In this document: one piece after another, positions 10,485 to 23,401 of the stretch | How positions within the stretch are numbered: position 1 is the stretch's first letter | Layout: the number at the start of each line of letters is the position of its first letter | Origin: Podarcis tiliguerta | Taxonomy: Eukaryota | Assembly (NCBI GenBank): GCA_965153285.1 | Contig: OZ229112.1 | DNA length: 64,000 nt | Reading direction: 5' to 3' (one strand) | The notes under the pieces: model-generated | Database searches by the model: none | Told to the model about the DNA's origin: nothing | What the model saw: the letters and a program-made list of their open reading frames with translations, nothing else | Position numbers and translations under genes: made by a program

Positions 10485-11076
10485 TGTGAGAGATTGCAGT
10501 CAAACATAACTATGCATGACTGTTAGTTGGTGCATGAAGGGGTTAAGGACCACAGAGCTGTGTTGCTAGATAGACTCAGTTAGGTCATGCCCACTCTCCT
10601 CCAGAGAGGAAGTGATGCCTTTCTACCCCCTTCTCTCTTGTAAGCCACGAGAAGGATGTGTCTTGGGCTTGGGCACAAGCACAGACCACATGCTTGAAGC
10701 TACTTTGCTGTATTTTCTACCCAGTACAATTTTGCCTGTATTATCCTTGCTGCTGTATGGAACAATGTATGACTGACACCTTGAAACTGTAAGTAAAGCA
10801 TTTTAAACTTACTTAACAGTGTGTGGCCTGCTCATGGCAAGAGAGGTAGAATGAGGTCAGCCAGTGGCGTAGCGTGGGGGGTGCAGGGGGGGCCGGCCGC
10901 ACCGGGCGCAACATCTGGGGGTTAGGGTTAGGGGGCGCAAATCCACGGGTTAGGGGGCGCAAATCCACGGGTTAGGGGGTGCAAATTACTTGCCTTGCCC
11001 CGGGTGCTGACAACCCACGCTACGCCACTGAGGTCAGCTGCTGTGTGCAGCTGAATGAAATAAAAAAGGTTTAACA
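10485..11076 (+). mobile_element. Probable solo LTR, interrupted by a hAT MITE
   Basis: TG...CA termini; flanks TCCT/ACCT (3/4 match); AGTAAA and AATAAA signals; ~415 bp once the MITE and one TSD copy are removed. Confidence 0.5.
10862..11030. mobile_element. Young 169-bp hAT MITE carrying TTAGGG-containing tandem units
   Basis: Perfect 17-bp TIR CAGTGGCGTAGCGTGGG; perfect 8-bp TSD AGGTCAGC (10854-10861, 11031-11038). Confidence 0.92.
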
Positions 11077-13591
11077 ACCTATATTCCTCATGCTATGCTC
11101 CTGCTCAACTTTTGTGAGTTTAATAGCCTCCTACTCAGGCTCTCTTCGTGCAAGCCCTGCATTTTGAATCCAAGCACCCTGCCATTTATTTTTGTTGTTT
11201 ACCCACACACGAGTCCAAAGGGATTCAGATCTGGAAGAGGAGCAGGGAGCACAGGGGAAGGAAAGGGGGGGAGACATGTACTAGCAGGAGCGCTTGCTAG
11301 TGCACTGAGTTAGTTAAATCCAAGCCTAGCAACCCACCAGCATAATGATCCCTATACTTATTGCCCCTGACAGAAGGCAAATTCATATATACATGTTCAC
11401 CACTCACTTGAGGCAGTGTTAAGTGGGAGCTGGCATGTCTGAAACAGCCAGTGCAGACCAAACCATATTCAGTGCATTCATATAATCTGAAAGGCAATGG
11501 TTTTCAGTGGTGACAGTAAATATGACAGTAAATATGTCCTGCTGCTGTCCTATAAGCACTTAAGCTGGAGGCTTGCTCCAGCAGGGGTTTTCTTATGCTC
11601 TTATCAAGCTGAATGACACATAGAATACTTTTAGATAGACTGTTTATTTATTTTCCCAAATGTGATCAAAAATTGTGATGGAAAGTGCGGGAGAGCTGGC
11701 AATGTTATATATAACCTCTGTGGAAACATATGAGGACGAATACTTCTTAAACAGGTGACATCAGCACAAGTTTCATTCGAACATAGTGTGAATAAACAGT
11801 CGTTCTGGAAGCTCCTATAGTCTATGTGATCATGACTCACATTTTCCTAAAACTCTGGATCACAGACCTTGAAATTTGGTTTAGGTGAAGGCTTGATGTG
11901 TCAGGAGAAAGCAAAATACCTCCAACAACACTGGACAAATCAGACAGTAATCAATCCTGAGAGGCAGGAGAGGAATCTGTGGAAGAAACTGGCTCATCGG
12001 TTAGAGTGTGTGATTTTATAATCATTGCTTAGTGTTGCCAGAGCCATATAGGTAGTTAAAAGTTTTAACATTAGCCAGGCCAGTTCATGTTCTAGCCAAA
12101 GATATCTATTTCTGTGAGTTTTTCATCCATTAGCTGCTCTGTGGTTTCTCTTCGGTCTCCAAATTAAAATAAAATGCTTTTTGGTCAAATATTTTTAAGG
12201 GACATCTCTTCTGCATTTCCCCCTACGGGGTCTGGAAAAGAAACAGAATTGCTGTTGTTTTTACATTTTTTCTTCAGCTCTTCTATGTAGTTGAACTGCC
12301 TATATGGCGCTGGCAATGATAAGAAATGATGATAAAATCACATGCTCTAATCAAATGAGCCAGTTTCTTCCACAGGATCCTGTCCTGCTCTCTGATGACT
12401 GCATGATTTGTTCAATGTGTCCCTGTAGCAGTGCTCCAAATGCTAATGCACACTCAGTTCACGTACCATAAACTCATCATCTGCTCCTTTCTCTTCCTAA
12501 CAATACAAGTAATTTGCTTGTGTTGAAAAAGCTACCAGAGACAGAGTCGATGTGGGATGAAGACAGGAAGCAACCAGGCTATCGTGAATCATTTCTGCTA
12601 CTCGGTGCAAAGCTTGGCCTTATAAATCCCTCTGCGTGAAAAGAAATGTAATAGTACTGAAGCACTTTTTAGAGACAATAACCATTTTAATTAGCATTTA
12701 GAGCTCCACCTATAATATCTCAGTAACATTTACATCTCCCTGAAATAGGTTAGCATTCTTATGTTCACTTTTAGCAGTGCTCAAACCAGCCCACTGACAT
12801 TTGCAGCAGTGGAGACAGGAAGAGTTCAGTGACGGTTATTACTGACATTCTTAGAAGGTTTGAGCCTGGAGGTTTAAAGGCGTGTGAATAGGAATCAGTG
12901 TTTGAATTTGAATAAAGGCCCAGTATGTTTCATGTTCCTGGTGTACCCTGCAACTAGATAGATAGATAGAGGAGATGATAGTTAGTTAGATAAACATGTC
13001 CAACTCTGTGACCATCTGCAGCCAGACAAGGCAAATAGATCTCTCCACCTTTTGCGTATCACCAGGCCTGCCAGTCATAGTTCACAATTATGTCTACTTT
13101 CTCTCGATTGAATTGCAGTAGCCTCATCCACGCAGAGTCTTTGTATCAGAGGAATCAGCTCCTGAGAGCTGATCCCTTTTCTGCCCCCTCAATATTTTTG
13201 GGGTAGAGGCCAGGCCCCCCAATGCCCCAAAGCACAGAGCCCAGTGAGGCATGGCTCCAGTGGCCTGCTCCTTCTCCTCCTCCTTCTGCCATGGAGGGAA
13301 AGGAGGGTTGAAGCAGCCTCCCACTGGTGGTGGCACCAGGAGGCAGAGGAGCCACTGGTCATTGAAGCTGCATGGCTGCTGTTTTCAGCTCTGCGCCTGA
13401 TTCCTCCTGATGTCCTGATATCATCTGCCAGTTGTCAGGTCATCCACTTGTGTGTGATGTCACGCATGCAACATTGGCCTCCTCCCACAATCACCCTTGC
13501 AAGCTGGCGCCTCTGCCTTGTTTGAATCATGGGCTTTGGCAGAAGCCTAGTCATGCCAACAGCTGATGCTAGCTCTGCCTAGTATTACTGG

Positions 13592-13782
13592 GGGGAAAGC
13601 CATTGGTCAGTGGAAGAGCATCTGCTTTGCATACATATGATTCCAGGTTCAATCCCCAGCACTCTAGGTGGAGCTGATAGTGGCTTCAGTCTGAAATCTT
13701 GGACAGGCCCTGTCAGTGCCAGTCAATACCAAAAAAGAGCTGGGATTAATGTCCCAATATAAAGCAGCTTCCTCTGTTCATA
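13592..13782 (+). mobile_element. Degraded tRNA-derived SINE with a CR1-like tail
   Basis: tRNA-like head GGTCAGTGGAAGAGCATCTGCTTTGCA...GGTTCAATCCC; tail GCAGCTTCCTCTGTTC; minus-strand fragments at ~18870-19000, 21910-21975, 23480-23550 and 26630-26720. Confidence 0.65.
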
Positions 13783-14879
13783 CACCTCTAATATGGTAAC
13801 ACCGGTAATAATTTCCAGCCCTTTTCTTGTCTCTTCCTTTGTCTTTTCTGTTTGCACCATTGATCATCACTGTGGCTTGCCAATTATAATCTGTATAACC
13901 ATTTTCTGGATCTTACTATATTTAACTTCATCTCTCTGGTGAGACGCATCCATTGGAACGTGATTTCATTGGCGACACTTAATTGAGAAGAGCTCACTGA
14001 AGAGTTCTCTGCAAACACTTTAACGTCTATAATACCCATCCAATAAATGTTCTTTTAAAAGAATGAGGCGTGTAGAAGTTTCTGCCCAAAATAAAAAGTT
14101 AATGTAGCATCTGCTCCACAGGACTCAAGATCAGAGAAAATGCAATAAATTGTGAGTAATAAGCATAATAGCAGGGCAAACAATCAGCATTCGACAGATG
14201 TGGCGAGCGTGTGATACATTCAGTGTGTTTTCCCCCAGCTGAAAACATTGATAAAGCCAATTAAGGAATTAGAGGCTTTTGATGTCACTACCCTAGAATA
14301 TTGCTATGAGTAATGTCAACATTATCCTTCTTGTTACGCTACTCTCTTGATTAGTAACATCACACTTCAGAACACCAAAAACACCAGAGCCATTAGCACC
14401 AAGAGGATTTATTATACAATTAATTTGCTTCTGCTGTATCCATATCATGTCGTCCCCTCACTATACTTGGATGGGGACTGAATACAAAACAACTGATCTG
14501 ACTGTAACTTGAAAAGCTACTATTGCTCTTCTGTCTTTCTATGAGGACTCCTAAGCTTTACTGAATTTTTATTAGTTGAACATGGCTCACAGAAGTCATT
14601 TCCCCCCTCCCAACCACCAACCAGCCCCTCCCCCCCTACATAGAGCTTCTCATGGAAGCAAAGGCATAAGTAGGGTTCTAGTCCTCACAGAGCTACCTTG
14701 GCTATCCCTTTATACACCAGGCTCTCTGTGAGAAGCTGCAATCACCTCACCCCTACCCCATCCCTCTGCCAATAGCTTTTTCTGCCCGCAGGACTCTTAA
14801 AAGAGCAAGTGGATAAGAAGATTTTTCTTTAGCAGAGGAACAACCATTGGTTCATCTAGCTCAGTATTGTTGGCATTCT

Positions 14880-14970
14880 CTTTCATTGGAAATTTTTAAG
14901 CAGAGGTTGGATGGCCATCTGTCATGGATGCTATAGTTGCGATTCCTGCATTGCAGGGGGTTGAACTAAG
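14880..14970 (+). mobile_element. CR1 LINE 3' fragment
   Basis: TTTAAGCAGAGGTTGGATGGCCATCTGTC (CR1 ORF2 end, KQRLDGHL) plus the start of the 3' UTR. Confidence 0.7.
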
Positions 14971-15421
14971 CCTCATTGAACACAGAATTATTTCTGACTA
15001 AACACATGTAAGATTGCACCATAAATATAGTTGTGGGGGTCTATTGTACATTTTGTTCCTTTTGAAGGCCTACAGCCTTCATAAGAGTACTAAGGTATAG
15101 GGAAAGGATGACTTTTGTCCCATTCCCATACGTCTTAAAAGTAATGATTTTACTGTCTGTTGCTTAGAGCACATGAGTGAAGGTGAGAAGAATGTGTTCT
15201 CAAAGAAGTGATAGTGCGTGTCAGGTTTTCCTAACTTTTAAAGGAGGAAATGTTATAGTCATTTTGAAATGGGTGAGTTGGCCACTGAGTATATATCTAT
15301 ATATATCAGGCAAGGTTAATGGAAACATGGCTTAAAAAGAGCAATGTAATTTTTCTGAAAAAGAAATTAAGATAGCTGCCACTGAATTTCTATATATGAA
15401 CTTTAACTTTAAGCAAAGACT

Positions 15422-15423
<2 letters not shown>

Positions 15424-15458
<35 letters not shown>
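15424..15458. repeat. (CT)n microsatellite
   Basis: Read directly. Confidence 0.95.
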
Positions 15459-15465
<7 letters not shown>

Positions 15466-16758
15466 ACCCACCAGAGATCTATCTGAGCTGTGTGCAGCTA
15501 TGAAGCACATTCTAAATGTATTCTTTCCCTCAAAGAATTACAGGCACTGTAGTTCACTCTTCACATAGTTATAGTTCCCAGCAACCCTGAACAAAGTATA
15601 TTGTCCAGAATTCTTTGAAGCAAATAATGTGTTTTGAATGTGATTTAAAAGTACAAAGTGTACACAGCCAAGAGAGAGAAGAAGAAGAGGAAGAAGTAGA
15701 GAACAAATCTGAATATCACTTTCTATGAAAAGAAGATGAATTAATTTTTTAGACTGCCTTTCATTCCATAGGATCCCAGGGCAGTGTATGAGCAATGACA
15801 CAGCATTAAATTAGTTCTTGTACAAATACAACAAATGTGTATTTGTTGAGCTGGATGTAATTGTAATTAAGCAGTACATAAATGGTTGAAATAAATGAAA
15901 AATAAAGTTAACTGCAAAATATAAAAATAATAAAAATGATTCAGCAGCAGATAGTCACATAATCACACCTAAACTTAACAGTAGCATGGGATGGTACTAA
16001 ATTTCTTTCAAAATCGAATGGATAAACAAAGGAGAATTCAGTCCTGGAAGTTCTCCTATCACAGTGCCACCCACCCCTGTGAGGTGCAAGCTTAGTGGGT
16101 GGAAGGAAAACTGGCTGGAAAGACTACAAGATCTTACTGCAGTGATGCAGTGTTGGTTGAGCCACAGGCCCCCCCTTTTTTGAAGGGGTGTCCCTGCTAC
16201 TACTATGAAAACAATATCAAGAAACCAGGAAAACTATGTTCCTATTTTAGATTTGCTTTGATTATATTTCAAATGTATGCTAAAGTTTAAAACAGTTCCA
16301 TATTTAAAAGCTTATCCCCACACTCTAAGGTTGAATACAATTTATTGTTACTCTCAGATTTCAAATTTGAATGTAAACACTTCTCCCTTATGTTGCTTGT
16401 AAAGAAGCTAGGTTCTTGCCAAGTGATCTGAGAAATCAAGCAACTCATGTTTAGCAAAGCTTGGTTCTAATGAGAAGAGATGAGGATTTGCAAATACAGT
16501 ACTACCTAGCAATGAAACTATCATATTTTGCTTGCATTGTATGCTCAGTAACAAATGGGGGTGAAGGGTTTACTAGAGCTCCACAATGGGCTTTTTACTG
16601 GCGTTACCACAGATGCAAGTCGACAAATCACCTTCGTTCTATCAGCTCAGGATTTTCAATGCTTATTTATTTGGCTTGGAAAAGGAGCAATATGGTTGAA
16701 TAATTTGCTTTGAGCTAGCAAGTCTGCTCTTACAAGGATTACCATGATTTGTTTAGAG

Positions 16759-16882
16759 CAGCCTTTCCCAATATGGCCTCTTCTTTGGACTACAACTCCC
16801 ATCAGCTCCAGCCCTCTTGGCCAATATTCAAGTTTGAAGGTATTTGTAGACAGCAGCATCTGGAGGTCTCCAGCCTCGGGAA
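16759..16882. mobile_element. hAT-type palindromic MITE (GGACTACAACTCCCATC family), degraded
   Basis: Matches the better-preserved copy at 40575-40710. Confidence 0.65.
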
Positions 16883-17916
16883 GAATGGTTTGGAGAAAAC
16901 CTCAATGAAAAATAAACATAGTAGCACATTGCATGAAGCAGACTACAACGAGAGACAAATATGGCTGCCAAGTGGCCAGATTTAAAAGTATACAGAAGAA
17001 TATGAGCCTTAAAATAGATAAGTCAACTACATATTCTAGACAGCAGAGCTGGCAGGTTTATTTTCGCATCTACTATGGACATATCTAGACTTAAGCTGAG
17101 TTAAGGGACTGTGAGGACAAGCGTCCTGTAGTCAGCTACTTGGGAATAAGCCACATTGAACTCAGTGGTTCTTACTTCTGAAGGATTTCTGACAGAAAGT
17201 TGGCATCTTTCCAAACTACAATTTCCACTGTTTTGGAGAAGATTCACCAACTATTCATTTTATTTTCTTTATAATTATTTGTTTATTGTTGATCATAAAA
17301 TGTATCACAGTGGTTTGCATCAGTATCATCAAGTGTTAAAATGCTGTCAAAGTGGCACAAAAAGGCTAATATAACATTTTCCCCTCATGACAAACCCCAT
17401 GAAAAACCCCATGACAATTGTAATATTCAAGGGAGATCAAGTCATTTATTTTAGTATATTTGCAGAAAATCTGAATCTATGTTTCTTGAGATATTTCCAA
17501 CCTGTTCCGGTCTCCATGGGCCAAAAGGCAGGATATAAATAAAAGAAATATCAGAGACTTACCACAGCTTCTTCTTTGTCTGACATTATGAGACTGAGCT
17601 GGGTCCCATATTAAAGGTCTCTTGAGAACAATATATCCTCTGTTCAGCAGGAAGTGGCGTTTCCTAAAGAAGACTCCTGTGATGAAATCATCAAGCAAAA
17701 TATTTAGCTGTTTTCCTTGCTGAGACCCCCAAGAGGCATTTCCTTTCAGGACAGCCAAAAGAATCCAGCCAAAAGATGAATGTACATATTATTAAAACAC
17801 AATCATCTAATAATATTCCTCATTTCCATTCCTTTAGGGCAACATTTATGTATGCTATACATGTAGGTCTATTTTCGTCCTCAGCTATGTAGGGTCTCTC
17901 ATGGTTTGTGCAGATA

Positions 17917-18158
17917 CAGTGGTACCTCGGGTTACAGACGCTTCAGTTTAGAGACGCTTCAGGTTTCAGACTTCGCTAACCTAGAAATAGTACCTCAGGT
18001 TAAGAACTTTGCTTCAGGATGAGAACAGAAATCACGCTGCAGCGGCGCAGTGGCAGCGGGAGGCCCCATTAGCTAAAGTGGTACCTCAGGTTAAGAACAG
18101 TTTCAGGTTAAGAACGGACCTCCAGAACGAATTAAGTTCTTAATCTGAGGTATCACGG
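17917..18158. mobile_element. Tc1/mariner (pogo/Tigger-like) MITE
   Basis: TIR CAGTGGTACCTC with an imperfect right copy; TA on both flanks; same family at 32785 and 38706. Confidence 0.88.
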
Positions 18159-20175
18159 TATCTTGAGAAGCACCTGAGCCCAGGAGTCTCCTCAGTGCTG
18201 CTTCTGAGAGTATGTCTGCACCACCTATTACTCCTGTGATATGTCCCTGAACAGAGGCTTGTACTAAATGATCCCTGAGATCCCTTCCAACTCTACAATT
18301 CCACAATATGCTAATTTAAATGCTTAGATGCAAATTATGGTCAATTTTCAGAGGGAAAATATTTGCTTCTTGCTGTTACGCTTACTCTGAGCTACCGGGC
18401 ACAAATAGCTTTGCTCCACAACTTCAAGTGCTAGGTGACTGGGGTCTCGCTAGCACCTTAGCAGTGCGTTCGACTGCCCTGTGAGCAACGTACGTTTAAA
18501 AAATAATTTACAGAAAAGCAGAGAGAAGGACAGAGATCTGAGGCCCAATGCAAAGGACCTAAGGCCCTGCCTAGCAAATAAAACTGGTGTAGATGTGCCA
18601 TGGGCTACAGAAGGAAAGTAGAAGGAATCTGTGTCAGGAGTGTCACTAGAGACAGTCTTGCAGGCCTAGATCTGACATCTTATTCAGCTCAGAGGGTCCT
18701 ACACTGCCTCCTTCAAATGATCCCAAAGTTACCCCAGTGGTGCCACAACAAGTGAGCAGCAGCAGCAAATAAGCAAGCAAATGGCTACATCGGCAGCTGG
18801 ACATCTAGCTTCGCACTGTTTTCGTTTAAGCAATCCTGGACCCAGAGCAAGAGTGGCAGTGAGCTCAGCCAATCAGTGTATTGTCTAAATGGACTGACAG
18901 TGGTTTGTCTGGGTTTCAGATGGGGGCTCATTCCTGGATATGTCAGGGATTGAACCTGGAATCTTCTGCCTGCAAAACAGATGCAGAAGGACCACAGCTC
19001 ACTGGTAGAGCAAGGGAAAAAATCTGTGACAGTCTGACCACTTTCTGGAGCTCTTCCAGTGAAAACAGTGGAGGAACCTGGCTGGCTGGCTGGCTGGGAA
19101 GGACCCAGGGGCTCCAATCCAGTGTTCCCAGGGTTGTTGCCAAGCCCTGGATCATGAAATGCGTTGGGCGAATAAAGCCAGAGAGAATTGTGTCTGATAG
19201 TCTTCCCCTCAAAGCAGAGCTTGCGAAGGACATTATAGAGGAAGAATGTCCATATGAGTGGGCGACTTAACTGTATTCTATACGTGGCCTCCGTCTCTCC
19301 ATCCTATCCCACCTCCAGCAGATGAGCCCATCTGCTCTGCATACGTCTGGCCATAAAGAGCATTTCCTTCCAGACTCACTGACATTCCATACTTCATGGG
19401 AAGAACAGATGACATAAAGAAAAGCCGTTTATCAGGAGGAATGCTAGGCTGCTCTTCTCAGGTGAACAAGTTGAGGAAAGGGGCATTCTTGACTTAATGA
19501 GCATCCTGGGGAACTGCCTCACTCTCATCAAGACAAGAAGCCGTTGCATCAGCAAAAGTCACATGGATTCTGCACTTTAAAAAGCTCACAACATTCATTT
19601 CAAAGACATTGTTCCTGGCACTGTTTTTATTTACTTACTTTCTAACCTCCCCTGTTCCTTGGGTACCTCAGGTCAGGTAACAGGGTAACATTTCACATCT
19701 TACAGTTCTCTCTCCTACATTTCACAATCTAAGTTAGATGCAGAACGAAGAAAGGGAGAAATGGATTCATAGCTATAGTCACAAGTCCTTGAAGGAAAGT
19801 TCTGAAATAAAATATGCAGGGGCCCTTCTAAGAGATTTCTGTGAAATTCGCTTGACAGGCTGTTCCCACCCATCTGTGTCTTAAGCCAATGAGTGAAGTC
19901 AGAGTTGTATTTGGTAAGTGAGCTGTTTAGACACCAGGCAAAAGGAATCTCTGGGGTCTTAAAGAACTGCACTTCTCCTGCTTCTGTCTTATTTTCTAGA
20001 CAGAAATTCAACAGGTTAAGCCTTTTCTCCTATAGAAATAAAATTCTGGGGGAAACTTCACAATCCTGGCTGTGAGTTCTGGAAGACCTGCTCCCTGCCT
20101 TGCAGGCTTTTTCCCACCTGGCGTGGGAGTGCAGGGCCCTGACTGACTATAAGCTGTTGCTGTTGTACACACTCT

Positions 20176-20179
<4 letters not shown>

Positions 20180-20225
<46 letters not shown>

Positions 20226-21126
20226 TTATTTGTACCCCGCCCATATGGCTGGGTTTCCCCAGCCACTCTGGGCGGCTTCCACAGAAACCAAAAATACACT
20301 AAAATCACACATTAAAAACTTCCCTGAACAGGGCTGCCTTAAGATGTCTTCTGAATGTCAGGTAATTGTTGATCGCTTTGACATCTGATGGGAGGGCGTT
20401 CCACAGGGTGGGCGCCACTACCGAGAAGGCCCTCTGCCTGGTTCCCTGTAGCTTTGCTTCTCGCAATGAGGGAACCGCCAGAAGGCCCTCGGCGCTGGAC
20501 CTCAGTGTACGGGCAGAATGATGGGTGGAGACGCTCCTTCAGGTATACTGGGCCGAGGCCGTGTAGGGCTTTAAAGGTCAGCACCAATACTTTGAATTGT
20601 GCTCGGAAACGTACTAGGAGCCAATGTAGCTCTTTTAAGACTGGTGTTATATGGTCTCGGCAGCTGCTCCCAGTCACCAGTCTAGCTGCCGCGTTCTGGA
20701 TTAGTTGTAGTTTCCGGGTCACCTTCAAAGGTAGCCCCACGTAGAGCGCATTGCAGTTGTCCAAGCGGGAGATAACCAGAGCATGCACCACTCTGGCGAG
20801 GCAGTCCGCAGGCAGATAGGGTCTCAGCCTGCATACCAGATGGAGCTGGTAAACAGCTGCCCTGGATACAGATTTGACCTGTGCCTCCATGGACAGCTGC
20901 GAGTCCAAAATGACTCCCAGGCTGCGCACCTGGTCCTTCAGGGGCACAGTTACCCCATTCAGGACCAGGGAATCCTCCACACCTGCCCGCCTCCTGTCCC
21001 CCAAGAACAGTACTTCAACCTCAATCTGTTAGCCGCCATCCAACCTCCAACCGCCTCCAGAAACTCACACAGGACCTTCACCGCCTTCACTGGTTCTGAT
21101 TTGAAAGAGAGGTAGAGCTGGGTATT
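20180..21126 (-). mobile_element. 5'-truncated L2-clade LINE with (TTA)n tail
   Basis: Minus-strand translation TQLY...RSLGVILDSQLSMEAQV...SRLDNCNALYVGLP...QNAAARL; frameshifts near 21018 and 20520; tail at 20180-20224. Confidence 0.92.
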
Positions 21127-23129
21127 GGACTGGGGTATTGTTTAGGGGTTTTTGTTGGGGCTTCTTGCTGCTTTTGTTGCTATCATTTTTTGTTTCTTTC
21201 TTTTTAGATTTTATTATGATCTATGTGTTTTATTAATTGTTTATGACTACTTTTGTAATGATGCAAATCTTTTCATGTTGTAAGCCACATTGAACATGGA
21301 AAAGCAGCATGCGCATAAACTGACGAAGATGATGTTTGCAGCCCCTATAATTTTGTGTTATGACATGCCTCCTTCTGACTGGCATCCTCAGAATTCTCTC
21401 TACATTCAACATGTGCCCCCAGTCAAAAAAGGCTGGCAGCCCCTGTTGTACATGCTGTGTACTTGTGGCACAATGGATTAGGCATGCTTTTCCAAATCTC
21501 ACGGCTATGATACAGGCCCATCACTTGATGAACGTGTTATCTCCATGCGATACCTTTCTGTGAAGTCAGTCTAGAGATTCAAATGTGAGACATTACGAAC
21601 TGGTTCAAGCATTTTTTTAATATCTCCATGTGGAGTGGCACCCAGACACACAGCTGTGTGGAGAATGTAATGATGCTTGGCGGCAGCTCATGCACATTTC
21701 TGAGCCACTGCTTCCTGGCAGCTGTTGCGTAGATGCAGTGATTGAACAATTGGGGCCATCTGCATCAAATGTTACATCTTCCATGTGGCAATACTTTGTC
21801 TTTTGCTCATGCTCATGATAAAGATAGCCATCAGCTTCTTGTAGTTTTGCATGATGGGTAGTCCAAAGAATAGTTCAAGGTTTTTTTTTGAGTAAACACC
21901 TGAGTATTTCAACATGGGAAGCTGCTGCACACCAAGTCAGACTACTTGTCAGTCTAGCTCAGTATTGTCTGTTTCAGCTTTCCTCAACCTGATGTTCTCC
22001 ACCAGACCCCGCCAATGATCAGAGCTGATGAGAGTTGCAATTCAGAACATCTGGAAGACACCAAGTTGGGGAAGGTTGGTCTAACTGCTAGTGTTACACA
22101 TGCTCCAATCTTTCAAGGGCTCCTGAGTGTTGGTTTCATGGAATGAAGATCGTGGGAGATTTTTGGCATTTCTGTGATACATGGTTTATTTACCTATCTT
22201 ATGCGTTACACATTTATTTTCCATCTTATGCTGCATAAGATGGACATTTCACAGCATCGACACTCCAAAGGATCTTGCTCTCCATCAAATTTCTAGGGGA
22301 GATGCCAAAGCCATAACTTTGGATTCTCACAGGCCAAGGAGCCTTCATGGGGTGGCCGTTTCCAGAGGAAGAATGGGCATTGTGTGTGTCTTTTAATGCC
22401 GCTCCAGATACTATTTAAAGTAGAAAAAACTAGAAAGGCAAGACTAAACAATTTATTATTACATTTATATCATACCATTTCTCCAGGGAGCGCAAAGCAG
22501 TGTGCAAGATTCTTCCACTACCCAAATTATTGTCAAAACCACCCTGTAAAGTAGGTAGGGATGAGTGAATCTGCCAATTTCAGTTTCTACTACTACATTG
22601 ACTGGTAGTGGTTCTGCAGGGTTTCAGATGCTCTTCCTATTGCAGATATTAATATTGCACAGCTTGAAACAGTAAGATGAATAAAAACTGATTCCTCTTG
22701 GAATAAAAATTATCCAGACCCAAAATATGTTTTCAAAGCTTTACCAACAGAACTTTCTTCAAACAGACACAAAAACAAATAATGATGCAACCAAATAGTT
22801 GTATAAAACAACGTGCTTGTCCAAACACAGGTTCCTCTTCTTAGAAATATCAGATTACTTCAAACATACTTGAAATCAAAGGTCTTTCTCTCCATACACA
22901 GACTCCATTCGCCTGCCTTCCAGCTTGAGGCTGTTTTCTCCAGGAGAGACTCATTTGCACACCTATGGTGGTTTGAGAACAAAGGCAACTCCCTCAAAAT
23001 GGATATTTGGAACTGAATACCTTACTCATGTGATCTAAGGGCCATCAGAGATATATTACTAGCTAATTATCAACTGTTAGGCTCCAGCTTAACTTCAATG
23101 GAATTTCCCCAATGTTCCCTTTAACAGTA

Positions 23130-23401
23130 AAGGTAAAGGACTCCTGACAGTTAAGTCCAGTCGTGAACGACTCTGGGGTTGCGGCGCTCATCTCGCTTTA
23201 CTGGCCAAGGAAGCCAATGTTTGTCCACAGACAGTTTTTCCATGTCGTGTGGCCAGCATGACTAAGCCGCTTCTGGCAAAACCAGAGCAGCGCATGGAAA
23301 CGCCATTTACCTTCCTGCTGGAGCAGTACCTATTTATCTACTTGCACTTTGACTTGCTTTTGAACTGCTAGGTTGGTAGGAGCTGGGACTGAGCAAAGGG
23401 A
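23130..23401 (-). mobile_element. Sauria SINE, 5'-truncated
   Basis: 13-bp TSD CCCTTTAACAGTA (23117-23129, 23402-23414); body matches other copies. Confidence 0.93.

Noticed and set aside
10918-10978. Interstitial telomeric array marking a chromosome fusion
   Set aside because: Only four TTAGGG units, all inside a TIR/TSD-bounded MITE.
18881-19270. 129-aa ORF ending DSLPLKAELAKDIIEEECPYEWAT
   Set aside because: Starts within a SINE remnant; no recognised domain.
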